From the NCBI GenBank assembly GCA_000004695.1, contig CM000154.2:2080001-2144000 (forward strand): a stretch of DNA of 64,000 bases, in the 5' to 3' direction. This document shows, piece after piece, positions 1-10,426 of this stretch. The notes under the pieces were generated by a model. The model did not search any database, had not been told where the DNA came from, and worked only from the letters and a program-made list of their open reading frames with translations. Made by a program: the position numbers and the translations under genes. This DNA comes from Dictyostelium discoideum (taxonomy: Eukaryota). How positions within the stretch are numbered: the stretch's first letter is position 1; every line of letters begins with the position of its first letter.

Positions 1-1
1 T

Positions 2-22
2 AACAATAACAATAACACTAAC

Positions 23-121
<99 letters not shown>

Positions 122-523
122 TCAAATATTTTATATTCACCAACTTCAAGCGGAAGTGAAACACAACAAAATCAACAATCACCACAAACAACATTACCTA
201 TACTAGCTTCTCCATCTTCTTCTTCCCCCTCAGTAAATAATAATAATAATTTATTATCATCTTCTCAACAATTACTCCCTTCTCCTCCACCTTCTTCACA
301 ATTCCAACAAAATGTAAAAAATCAACAAAGTCAATTCAATTTTCAATCACAACAAAATCAACAACAAAATCAACAACAACAACAACAACAAAATCAACAA
401 CATCATTTTCATCATCACCATCATCATGGTCAAAATGACCAACATCACCATCATTATCATCATCACTACCATCAACAAGGTAGTTTCGATTCTCAAGTTG
501 ACTATAACCATGGGGAGATATAA
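2..523 (+). CDS. 3' end of a gene that starts upstream of the window; C-terminal low-complexity region rich in N, Q, S and H, ending ...HHYHQQGSFDSQVDYNHGEI*
   Basis: Open frame from position 2 (frame 2 mod 3) to TAA at 521-523. (AAT)n encodes poly-Asn, followed by S/P/Q and poly-His stretches, with Dictyostelium-like codon use. Partial, and no domain recognised. Confidence 0.5.
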
Positions 524-788
524 GATTCAAACAAATCTATTGATAAAATAAATTAAAAAAAGGATTAGAATGAGTAGTCACTCATTTTTTCACTTTATTT
601 TTAGTTTATTAAATTTTTCTTCTTTTTTTTTTTTTCTTCTTCCTTTTTCTTCTTTTTATAAGGTTTTTTTTTTTTCTTTTTTTAAAATTATTCTATAATA
701 AAGTCTGCAATACAAGACTCAATTTTACCAAATAAACCCAATAAATGACTAATTTTTTTTTTTTTTTTTACAATGTTTTTTTAATTTT

Positions 789-2234
789 TTATTTTAACTT
801 TTTTTCACTCATACTATTCAAAATTGATTTTAAATCGAAATCATCAGCATCCATATGTTCTTGTTGTTGTTGTTGTTGTTGCTGTTGTTGCTGCTGCTGT
901 TGTTGTAATAGCTGTTGTTGTTGTTTTAGTTGTTGTTGTTGTTGATTTTTTGCTATAATATCACCAAAACTCATTACCTTTTCTTTAATATTTGAATTTG
1001 ATTGTGGTTGTGGTTTTTGTTGATATTGATATTGATATTGTGGTTGTTGTTGTTTTTCTTCTTCTTGTTGCTTAGTTTCAATTTCAGCTTTTTCAAAAAG
1101 AAGTCTATCTTTTTCTTTACTAGCTTCAATTGATTTTGTAGTTGTGTAAAATATTTCTCTAACTTGTTTTGGAATATTATCAACATCACTTCCTACCAAA
1201 GTTTTAACTAATTTATCATATTCATTTTCTTCAAAGTATTCACCTTCATCATCTTCATCTTCGCTATAAAGGTGAGCATAATCTTTGTGTTGTTTCAATT
1301 GATCTAAAGTTAAACCTGTTTCCTTTTGAAGTTCAATATCATCCTCATCAATTTCTTTTTGCATATCTCTAGTGATTCTTTTAAATTCCTTTGCAACGGC
1401 TTCTCCAACACGTTTTGAGTGCTTTCTTCTGATAGAGTCAACCAGTTTAATCCTTTTAACGTTCCAATATTGTGTGACTCTTTTACTGTCAGGGCCTTTA
1501 TATGAAACCTCTTCCAACTCTAATTTCTCTACCTCTCTTAGTACTTCGTTGTTATAGTCTTGCCATTCTGGTAATTTTACAATTATTGCATGTGCTATAT
1601 CTTCTCTACGATTCTTATTTTGGTATTGTTCAATGAGTAAACGAGTTATATATTCAGATGCTAAATTATCTGGACTAAATAGTTTGAGTGGATCTCTCTG
1701 ATTTTCTTTTAGTTCTTCTTCTTCTTCTTTTTTAATATCTTCTAAACTTTCATTAAAAAAAAATTGTTGACCAAGTCTTAGAACCTCTTTTTTATCACCC
1801 CTGTTTGATGCTTCCAATAACATATTAATTTTAGAATCTGCTTCCTCATCTTCCTCTTCATTTCCATTAAAAAATCCATCAAGTCCAAGTAAATGTAATT
1901 GAGGTTTTTTATTATTATTGTTGTTATTAATATCAATATTATTACTATTGTTTTGTTGTGTTAATTCTTTCATTTTTTCAAATTCTAATCTTTTATTTTC
2001 TAATAACATTTCAATTTTTTCATCTTCTTCTCTTTGTTGTTCCCTTTTATAATTGATTGAATCTTTTTTATCATCTCCAGAATTTGATTTTGTAGTTGGT
2101 CTCAATTCTTGAGCTTTTTCAAAAATTTGTCTTTTTGAAAGAATTGTCATATTTCTAATTATGATCTTTGAATTATTATTTTGAATTATTTCATTTTTAA
2201 ATATTTTATTTACAATTTTATTACACCTAAACAT
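789..2234 (-). CDS. Hypothetical acidic, Lys/Glu-rich coiled-coil protein of 481 aa with a poly-Q tail
   Basis: Single long ORF on the minus strand, ATG at 2234 and stop at 789. The AAA before the ATG is typical start context. Charged low-complexity protein (EEEDEE, KEKDR, QQQQ). I could not assign a family. Confidence 0.55.
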   Translation of the reverse strand: MFRCNKIVNKIFKNEIIQNNNSKIIIRNMTILSKRQIFEKAQELRPTTKSNSGDDKKDSINYKREQQREEDEKIEMLLENKRLEFEKMKELTQQNNSNNIDINNNNNNKKPQLHLLGLDGFFNGNEEEDEEADSKINMLLEASNRGDKKEVLRLGQQFFFNESLEDIKKEEEEELKENQRDPLKLFSPDNLASEYITRLLIEQYQNKNRREDIAHAIIVKLPEWQDYNNEVLREVEKLELEEVSYKGPDSKRVTQYWNVKRIKLVDSIRRKHSKRVGEAVAKEFKRITRDMQKEIDEDDIELQKETGLTLDQLKQHKDYAHLYSEDEDDEGEYFEENEYDKLVKTLVGSDVDNIPKQVREIFYTTTKSIEASKEKDRLLFEKAEIETKQQEEEKQQQPQYQYQYQQKPQPQSNSNIKEKVMSFGDIIAKNQQQQQLKQQQQLLQQQQQQQQQQQQQQQEHMDADDFDLKSILNSMSEKKLK

Positions 2235-2649
2235 TTTTTTATTTATATGGTTGAAACAAAAAAAAATATGTGAATGAAATTAATTTTGGAAAAAAAAAAA
2301 AAAAAACGAATTGAATTTTTTTTGGGAATTTATTCAATAGCTCAGGTTAAAAAAAAAAAAAAAATAAAAGAAAAATAAAAAATAAAAAAAATAAAAAAAA
2401 AAAGTTTAAAAAAATATTTAAGTTAAAATAAAAAAAACAATTTGATCAAAAATTTTTTTTTTTAATCTGAGTGACACATTTGTTTATTTTTATTATAATA
2501 ATAATATTAATATTTTATAGGTAGATCATAAAAGAACATTTTTATTTATTGAACAATTAATTTTAAAACATAATGCACATTCATAAACATTGAATAATAA
2601 AGAGAAACCATATCTGGTATAGATTTCTTTTTTTCCAATAGAAATCATG

Positions 2650-3123
2650 TAATGAAATTTGTAGATTTTATTTCAGCAATTACCACCAGTTAAAACCAAG
2701 AAATCAGAACAATTGATTTCTTCAGATGGGGGGCTTTCGAAACTGAAATTAATTTGAAAAAAAAAGTTTTACAAAACAATACATCCAACTATAAATATAC
2801 GTTCTCTATAGAGATTGTACCTTTGTACAAAGGATGATATCTTATGTTTACCACCAAAGATAGCACATCAATTTGGGGTAATATGGGTCCATTGGTTGTT
2901 GTCACTAAAGTATCAAATCTTATTCATTTCATGGATCCAAATACATTACAAACCGGTGAAATTAGTGCTCTCACTTTTGGAATTCCCCATTCAGAGCATT
3001 ATCTTCATACAAACAATTGATTGAATTCACTGCTTTAGATGTAAATTTAACCGGTGAAACTAGAGGTCGTCATGCTTTGGCTGACATTCAATTGATGAAA
3101 AAATACAAAAAAAAAACAATTAA
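2650..3123 (+). pseudogene. Possible degraded DEDDh-type 3'-5' exonuclease remnant (multi-frame fragments)
   Basis: Three overlapping frames give exonuclease-like fragments. FETE(I) resembles an Exo I motif, and ...NLTGETRGRHALADIQLMKKY has the H-x4-D signature of an Exo III motif. All frames are interrupted by stops within about 100 codons and I could not place canonical introns that restore a frame. Confidence 0.15.
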
Positions 3124-3220
3124 TTTAAAATAACCATTTTTATTTTTTATTATTATTATTCTAAATTTTGTACTTGTCTGTTTGATAATTGGGTTTCAAT
3201 TGAATTTTATTAAAACTTTG

Positions 3221-3670
3221 TTATAATTTAGTAAATGTTATTTCAATGTAATTGTTTGAAATATAGAATGGATTCATACTGACTAAAACTGAAAAAACAT
3301 TTTCTCTAAATTTTGATTTGATAGATACACCAATTGAAGTTTGTTTACATAACTCATGGTAAGATGCACTTAATTGACTAAAGACAGTTTTATAACTAAT
3401 ATAAAGTTTTTCACCACCATAATGAACATTATAATCATCCCAAAATGAATAATTATTACCTTTTGAAATTACTATATCCATTGAGTTACCTGCACCAACT
3501 TGTCTAATGAGTTTAACATTCATTTTGAAATCACCATTATTACCTGCATCATTAGTTTGATTAGCCATTTGCAATTTACATGGTATTGAAGTATATTGTG
3601 TTGATGCATTGTTAACACTAAACATTGAAACTAAAATTAAAATAGTTGTTAAAATTATTAATTTATTCAT
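3221..3670 (-). CDS. Small secreted protein of 149 aa with an N-terminal signal peptide
   Basis: ORF MNKLIILTTILILVSMFSVNNA... with a hydrophobic N-terminus followed by a polar mature part. ATG at 3670 in A-rich context. No family assigned. Confidence 0.45.
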   Translation of the reverse strand: MNKLIILTTILILVSMFSVNNASTQYTSIPCKLQMANQTNDAGNNGDFKMNVKLIRQVGAGNSMDIVISKGNNYSFWDDYNVHYGGEKLYISYKTVFSQLSASYHELCKQTSIGVSIKSKFRENVFSVLVSMNPFYISNNYIEITFTKL

Positions 3671-3974
3671 TTTTTTTAATTATATTTAGATATATATATT
3701 ACTTAATTAATAATAATAAAAAATAATTTGTTTGTTTTATATACTTTTTTTTAAAACTTAAAAATTAATTATTTCTTTTTTAAGTTGAAATAATTGCTTT
3801 TTATGGATAATATTTTAACCCACAAAAACCGTTTTTTATAGTTTACTGGAGTTTAATAAAAAAATCACCAATAAATGAAGGTGGTTTATTTTATTTGGTC
3901 TAAAAATAATAACAATTATAACCACATTTTCTCAAAATCTATATTGTTAGAATAACATGTTCTTCATCTTTTAA

Positions 3975-5222
3975 ATGATAAATTTAGGAAGAAAAATGGA
4001 TATTTTTATCAATGCATTACCACCATTAGGTGAAAGATCAGCTTCTCAATCATATCCAAACGTTGGCAAAAACCATTCACCAGCAACTTTGAATGTTGGA
4101 AATTTTGAAATTTTAAAAGACATAAAACCACTAAAAAATTTCAATTTATTATGGGCAACTCTTAGAGGTGAAAAATGTCTTCCATATTCAACTGAATATG
4201 ATATAGTTAACTATGTTAGTATTGCAATATCTGATATTATACAATCATGTGGAATTCAAGTATCATGTTCAAGCGATTTTGGTGTTAGTGGTTTAAAAGC
4301 TGATATTATGGTACTTGCAAATTCAAACAATGGTTTACCTATCGGTATTGCTCAAGTTAAAAAACCAAGTAGTACTATTATGGTGAATGAAAAACTTCAT
4401 GGACAAACTTATAATTACATGTTAAGTATTGCTGAAATGTATGGCCAAGAAGATGTTTTTGCTATTTCTACAACCTATGATATGTTGGTTACCAAAAAGT
4501 GATAATTCTGCAAACGCAACTGAATTGGACATTGCAGTTGGACCACCAACTATACTACAAAAACCATATTCATTAACATCAACATCAAATTTAGAATTCT
4601 CAACAACAACAACAACAACAAATGATATTTTACCACCAACTCCTGATAAACGTTTAGTTTATGGTTCAAAAGTTTATAAACATTCAGATATTCAATTACC
4701 AAAGGTTTTATACTGTATTGATGAAGATGTTTTATTCTAAAAGAAGAAGAGAAATTCCTTTACTTGATGTAAAAAGAATGTATATTCAAGTAATTAAATC
4801 ATCATGGTATTGGGTTAATATAAACATCAAAAAATTAAACTACTTTATCGATACACCTTTACATTTGATTAATGCATGCGTTTTATTATATGTTTTAAAA
4901 GGAGGTGAACATGGTAGAGTATGGTTATGCTGCGCATCAAGTGGTGTTTTAGAAGGACAAGTTGTTGTTTTCAAAAAGTAAAACTTCACCTCAAACAGAT
5001 TTAGAAAATGAAAGTGAAAGTGGAGAGAACTTTGGGGTGTAAATACACTTGTAAGTATATATGAAATAATTGTACACATTAACCACCTTATTTTTTATTT
5101 TAGGTTGGAACATGGAATTCCAAACCTGCTTTAATGATGCCTTATGTATCACCAGCCTCAGATGAAGCCTGGGAAAATAATAACTTCAATTAGTAACAGA
5201 TGCAATTGATAGACTCTCCAAA
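3975..5222 (+). pseudogene. Series of ORFs in shifting frames (3975-4502, 4429-4740, 4661-4981, then a GTAAGT...AG intron 5051-5103 and a further open stretch); likely a frameshifted pseudogene or an unresolved gene
   Basis: Coding-like composition continues across three overlapping frames without intervening GT...AG introns at the frame switches. One clean intron (gtaagtatat...ttttag) lies at 5051-5103. Product unknown. Confidence 0.3.
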
Positions 5223-6136
5223 ATAAAATTTTACCGCAAAGATTTAAAAAAAGATGCCATATTGGTAAATATTTAGATTGCAATGGTGGTATTAAAATTT
5301 TAATCTTTGATCTTGTTTTATACGAAATCCATGAAAATGTTCAATTTATTAAGGAATCAATGTTAAAACAAATTTTTCCAATTAATAATAGAATTTAGTT
5401 TAGAAATTTGTGTCATTTATTTAAATCATATTTTATATTTTATATATATATATTATATTTTACAACAAATTATGAAAACAATAATATAATATGACTTTTT
5501 TGTAAAGGTTTTAATAGAAATAGTAATCATTATAATACTTTACAATCATGTGTTCATCAAAATTATATAACTTTATTTCTATATCTTTTAATCTTAGCAA
5601 TTACACATATTATAATATTGTTAAATTATTTAGTGGAACTGAGTTGTATAAACTTATCATACTATTAAAATTAAATAAAAGATAAAACAAAAATAGTTTT
5701 TTATTATTTATCAAAAAAAAAAATGGTCAAATTATTAATAAAGATATGCTAATAAAGAGCCTTACAACTATGTTATGCAATATTTTTACAGTTATAGTAG
5801 CCACCACTAACATGTTCCTATAAAATGATTTTTTTGACAGAAATTAAAAAGACTATTACCACCTTAAATTTATGGTCAAATAATAAAATAGTACCCCCAT
5901 TAATATAATCATTGCAAAATAAAAAATAAACTATGATTGGTTTCGAAATATGAACAAAGAGGATTATTATTTTTTTTAAAAAATTATTATATATTTATTA
6001 AACACTCATAATTTAAGCAGTTTTAGTGTGATGACTTATTTGATGAGGCCTTGGTGTTTGATAATAATTCCTATAATATTATAAAAAAAGTATAAATTAG
6101 TATTGAGATGTGAAAATAATTTGGTGATTCTATTAA

Positions 6137-6265
6137 AAACTTACCCTGATGGCTCTAAGGGCTATTGAACCATTGCACTTGAAATAAAAAGTGCAAATTA
6201 ATTAGAAAAAGTTGGTTTTGCTTGGGTTGAAGTATTTTGACTAGATTTAAAGGCTTTATTTTTAA
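6137..6265 (+). ncRNA. Candidate U1-like snRNA
   Basis: 5' AAACUUACC matches the U1 5' splice-site recognition sequence (AUACUUACCUG). CAUUGCAC matches the SL2 U1A-binding loop heptamer (AUUGCAC) but here sits in a UUGCACUU/AAGUGCAA hairpin stem. An Sm-site-like AUUUUGA at 6232-6238 is followed by a 3' stem. No upstream DUSE (ACCCAYAA) box was found, so this remains tentative. Confidence 0.3.
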
Positions 6266-6749
6266 AAAAAAATAAAAAAATGAAAAAAATAAAATTAGTA
6301 AGTTTGGTTAATAATTTTTAAAATTAAAAACTATGTCTTACCAGGAGCGGAGTTTAATTGGTAATTGTTTCTATTTGAACCACCACCTATTTTACGGAAT
6401 TCATAACTAAAAATATACATTTTTTTGTTTTATTTATTTGTATTAATTTGAAAATGATTTTTTTTTTTATTTTTTTTTTTTTATTAAATAAAAAAAAAAA
6501 AAAAAAGTAAAAAAAAAAAAAGAGTAAAAAAAATAAAAAAAAAAAATTCTTTGATTATTAAAAAGAATCTATAAAAATCCAAAAAAATATCCATATCTCT
6601 GGATATTTTTTTTATTTTTTTTTTATATTTCTAAAAAATATTTTCTTTTTTTTTTCTTTTTTTTATTTTAAGCAAAGATTTAATTTTATTAATTTTTAAT
6701 ATGGATACCCAAAATGGTATAAAATATAAAAAAAATGAATGTTAACAGT

Positions 6750-6795
<46 letters not shown>

Positions 6796-6807
6796 TTAAA
6801 AAGATTT

Positions 6808-8244
6808 TTATAATAACAATAATTTTTCAATAAATTCTTTTGATAGGAATCTTGTCTCACCAAGTGGGAATCTATATTTAATAACTAAACTATTGAAACT
6901 ATTTATTGGAGTAATTAAAAGTTTACTTAATAAATCAAGTGTTTCAATTGAATGTATACTACTAAAGAATATTGATGGATTACTATTACCAGAAATTGTT
7001 AATTTAATAAATTTCCATTGATTATAAATTATTGAATTTAGTAATGGATTCAATTGAATAGCAGTATAAGAGATATCAATTTTTGATAATGATTTATGAG
7101 TTTTTAAAATTGCTGCCAATTTATTTTCCTTATCAATGAAATTATTATAACTAATTGATAATCTTTTTAAATTTTGATTTTCATTCAAGTAATTTAAAAG
7201 ATAATTGAATGAATCTTCACTATTATCACTACCACCACCATCGCCATCATGAAAACAATTAACTAATTTCAATTTTGTGATATTATCTCTTGATAACGAT
7301 GAAAAAAAATTCAATGATGATCCATTGAAATTAATATCTTTAAAATAGATTTTACTAATATTTTGAAATGGTGATTTTAAAATATTTGGTATAGTTTTTG
7401 AACAAAAACTTTTATAATTATTATCATAGTTTAGTTTTGAATGATTTTGTTCAATTTCAATTGAAAATGATTTTAATGAATTTTTTAAATTATTATCAAC
7501 TAAATGAGAAGAAGAAGAAGATAGTAAAGATTCAAGTTTTTTGAATTTTCTCTCATGTTCTAAAGTATTATAAAATTGATTACCTCCAAAAAATTGAAAA
7601 TTCATAGCTGGGTTAAAGTATAATATAATTTCTAAAGATTCTAAATGAATTGAATTATTTAAAATTGTATTTAGTGTATCGATATCAATTGAAAAACTTT
7701 TTAATTTAATTTTCTTTAAAACATTAAAACAATTGCTTGTATTGAAATGATTTTTAAAATAGTAATAATCATTTGTAGTATATGAAATTTTAAATTTATT
7801 TGATTTTAATAAATTATTTGAAACTTGTTCAATTGATTCGCATTCAATTCTATTTGGAATTTGTTTATGTTTAATACCAATTGTATATGTTAATTTCCAT
7901 TCTTTTAAATTTTTAAAATTTAAATAAGTTTCCATATTAAATGATTTTATTAATTGATCTTTAATTTCAATTTTTTCAATTTCTTCTAATAGTTGTTTAC
8001 TTTTACTATTATCATTATTATTTGAAAATGATTTTAATGATTTTAAATTATCAAAACCAAAAAAAATAATTTGATTAATTATAAATGTTTGTAAATTTTT
8101 TGAAATAAAAAATAACTTTTTTATATAATTATAATCTTTATAAATTAAATAATTTAGAATTTTTTTAATTACTATAATTGGTAAATTTTTTTCATTATTA
8201 TTATTACTATTTATATTACAATTATTATTATTATTATTGTTCAT
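6808..8244 (-). CDS. F-box-like / leucine-rich-repeat protein of 478 aa
   Basis: Single ORF. An N-terminal poly-N is followed by LPIIVIKKILNYL (F-box-like LPxxIxxxIL) and then degenerate LRR-like LxxLxLxxN(F) repeats. Confidence 0.55.
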   Translation of the reverse strand: MNNNNNNNCNINSNNNNEKNLPIIVIKKILNYLIYKDYNYIKKLFFISKNLQTFIINQIIFFGFDNLKSLKSFSNNNDNSKSKQLLEEIEKIEIKDQLIKSFNMETYLNFKNLKEWKLTYTIGIKHKQIPNRIECESIEQVSNNLLKSNKFKISYTTNDYYYFKNHFNTSNCFNVLKKIKLKSFSIDIDTLNTILNNSIHLESLEIILYFNPAMNFQFFGGNQFYNTLEHERKFKKLESLLSSSSSHLVDNNLKNSLKSFSIEIEQNHSKLNYDNNYKSFCSKTIPNILKSPFQNISKIYFKDINFNGSSLNFFSSLSRDNITKLKLVNCFHDGDGGGSDNSEDSFNYLLNYLNENQNLKRLSISYNNFIDKENKLAAILKTHKSLSKIDISYTAIQLNPLLNSIIYNQWKFIKLTISGNSNPSIFFSSIHSIETLDLLSKLLITPINSFNSLVIKYRFPLGETRFLSKEFIEKLLLL

Positions 8245-8483
8245 TATTTATTTGATTTTTTTTTTGTTTTCCCAATTTAAATTAATTTTTTATAATAAAA
8301 AAGTGATTTTAATAAAAAAGTGTTTTTAATTGTTTTTTTTTTAAAAAAAAAAAAAAATAAAACAAAAAAAAAAAATAAAAAAAATTAAAATAAAATTTCC
8401 AAGGTTACATATAAACGTTTATTTTTATTTTTTATTTTTTTATTTTATTTTATTTATTTATTTTTTATTATTTTTATTATTAT

Positions 8484-9755
8484 TTAAAGTTTAAGAGCTT
8501 GAATTGGATTTGAAATTGTTCTACAAAAAGTTGAATCATCTTTACAACCAGGACATTTTAAATGATATTGATTAGAATGAATTGTTTTATTTGATTTTAA
8601 ATGAGTATTAACTAAATCAGCCATAGCAGAGATAATTAAAGGATCATCATTTAAAGATTCAGAACGTACTAATAATTTCATACCACATTTTTTAGCGAGA
8701 TGTTGTAATTCAATATCAATTTCTGATAAAGTTTCAATATGATCAGAAGTGAATGCAATTGGGATCACAATTGCATTACGACCTTTCTTTGCCAATTGTT
8801 CAATTACAAAACTTGTTTTTGGTGATAACCAAGGCAAGGGTCCAACTTTACTTTGCCATGCTAAAATATATTCCAATGGTTTACCAGTCTCTTCATCCCT
8901 AATGCCCAAACCATCCATAACTCTACAAACTGTCTCTGCGACTTCCTGTGGATATGGATCACCTTTTTCAACAGTCGACATTGGTAATGAGTGTGCTGAA
9001 AATACTAGTACTGGCTTATTATTATTATTATTATTATTAGCATCAACATCATCAATATCCAATTCCCTTAATTTACTATTAAATTGATTATATGCTTTTT
9101 TAATTTTATGAATAGTTGCATCAATGAAACCTTTATGATCTTGCCATCTGTCAATGACTGACCATTTAAATTTAGATTGCATTTGTTTTTCTTCCAAGGT
9201 TTTCCAAAGATTATTTAAACTTGACCCGGTGGTAGTGCAAGAGTATTGTGGGTATTGTGAGAATGCAACTACACGTTCGACATTATCGTTCTCCATTTGG
9301 TCTAATGTATCTGCTATTAATGGATCAGAATAACGAAATCCTATATAATGTTTATGGGGTGCTGTCTCTGGTGATATCTTATCCATCATCGATGAGAGCA
9401 ATTCACCTTGTTTCTCTGTCCATTTTCTAATTGGTGATCCGCCACCAATGGCTTCATATAACTTCATAACTGCATTACTTCTTCTCTTTGCAATTAATGT
9501 ACCAGTATACTTTTGAAATGGTAATTTAAATATCTCTTTATCTGTAAATAATCTTGTTAAAAATGGTTCAACTTCTTCTAATTTACTTGGTCCTCCTAAA
9601 TTTAACATTAAAATACCTGTTTTTATTTTAGGTTTTTCATTATTATTATTTATATTTATTGTTGTATTTTTATTATTATTAACAGTACAATATGATAATG
9701 ATTTATTATAAAATGTTTTTGAATTTATAGTTGAAATAATCTTTCTTGATATCAT
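8484..9755 (-). CDS. hemH: Ferrochelatase (protoheme ferro-lyase), 423 aa
   Basis: Diagnostic motifs LMLNLGGP, SQYPQYSCTTTGSS, FSAHSLP and AFTSDHIETL, plus a C-terminal CxxC...C cluster. Same length as human FECH. N-terminal presequence-like region with an N-rich insert. Single exon. Confidence 0.9.
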   Translation of the reverse strand: MISRKIISTINSKTFYNKSLSYCTVNNNKNTTININNNNEKPKIKTGILMLNLGGPSKLEEVEPFLTRLFTDKEIFKLPFQKYTGTLIAKRRSNAVMKLYEAIGGGSPIRKWTEKQGELLSSMMDKISPETAPHKHYIGFRYSDPLIADTLDQMENDNVERVVAFSQYPQYSCTTTGSSLNNLWKTLEEKQMQSKFKWSVIDRWQDHKGFIDATIHKIKKAYNQFNSKLRELDIDDVDANNNNNNNKPVLVFSAHSLPMSTVEKGDPYPQEVAETVCRVMDGLGIRDEETGKPLEYILAWQSKVGPLPWLSPKTSFVIEQLAKKGRNAIVIPIAFTSDHIETLSEIDIELQHLAKKCGMKLLVRSESLNDDPLIISAMADLVNTHLKSNKTIHSNQYHLKCPGCKDDSTFCRTISNPIQALKL

Positions 9756-10426
9756 AATTTTTAATAATTTTTTTTTTTTTTTTTTCCCACTATGTTGACT
9801 TTTTTTTATTTTTTTTATTTTTTTTTTTTTTTTTTTTTTTTGAATCCAGACTGAATAGTCGAGTATGAAATTTTTTTTTTTATTTTTTATTTTTTTTTTT
9901 TTATTTTTTTTTTTTTTTTTGAATTTTAAATTATTTTTTTCGTGTCTAATTTAAAAAAATCTTTTTTTATTTTATTTTTTTTATTTTGTAAGGTTAAGAT
10001 GTCACGCAATGATTCGTTTTTTTTTTTTTTTTTTTTTTGAAAAAAATAAATGTTAAAGAAATTTTTTTTTTTTTTATTTTATTTTTATTTTTATTTATTT
10101 TTTTTTTATTGATATTTGTAAGTGAATTTTCAATTGATTCTAACTTTCACAGATTGAACAAAAATAAAAAAAAAATTTATTTTTTGAAATTTTTTTTTTT
10201 TCTTTTTTTTTTTTTTTTACAATCAACTTTTAAAAATAAAAGTAAAAAATTCATTTTTAATTTTTTTCATTTTTTATTTTATTTTATTTAAAAAATATAT
10301 AACATCATCAAAAAATATATTTTTAATTAATTTTTAATTAATTTTTTTTAATTTTTTCAATTTTTTATTTTTTTAAAGGAAAATATAACGTAATCAATTT
10401 TATTTTTCAATTAATTTTTTAAAAAA
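9756..10426. promoter_or_regulatory. Shared divergent intergenic region between ferrochelatase and coproporphyrinogen oxidase
   Basis: A 670-bp AT-rich spacer between two head-to-head start codons. It holds a few GC-containing islands (cccactatgttgac near 9790; gaatccagactgaatagtcgagtatg at 9841-9866; gtcacgcaatgattcg at 9994-10009) that could be cis elements. Confidence 0.35.

Noticed and set aside
2730-2745. ggggggctttcgaaact and other spots resembling a tRNA T-loop (GTTCGAA)
   Set aside because: No flanking acceptor stem, D-arm or anticodon-arm arrangement could be built. I could not identify any convincing tRNA gene in the window by eye, but this is not an exhaustive tRNAscan.
10037-10291. 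ORF 10037..10291, and similar F/L/K-rich ORFs in AT-rich spacers (745..945, 13074..13427, 20502..20741, 23308..23508, 29877..30101, 43410..43598)
   Set aside because: These are translations of A/T homopolymer-rich intergenic DNA, with no codon periodicity and no plausible product.
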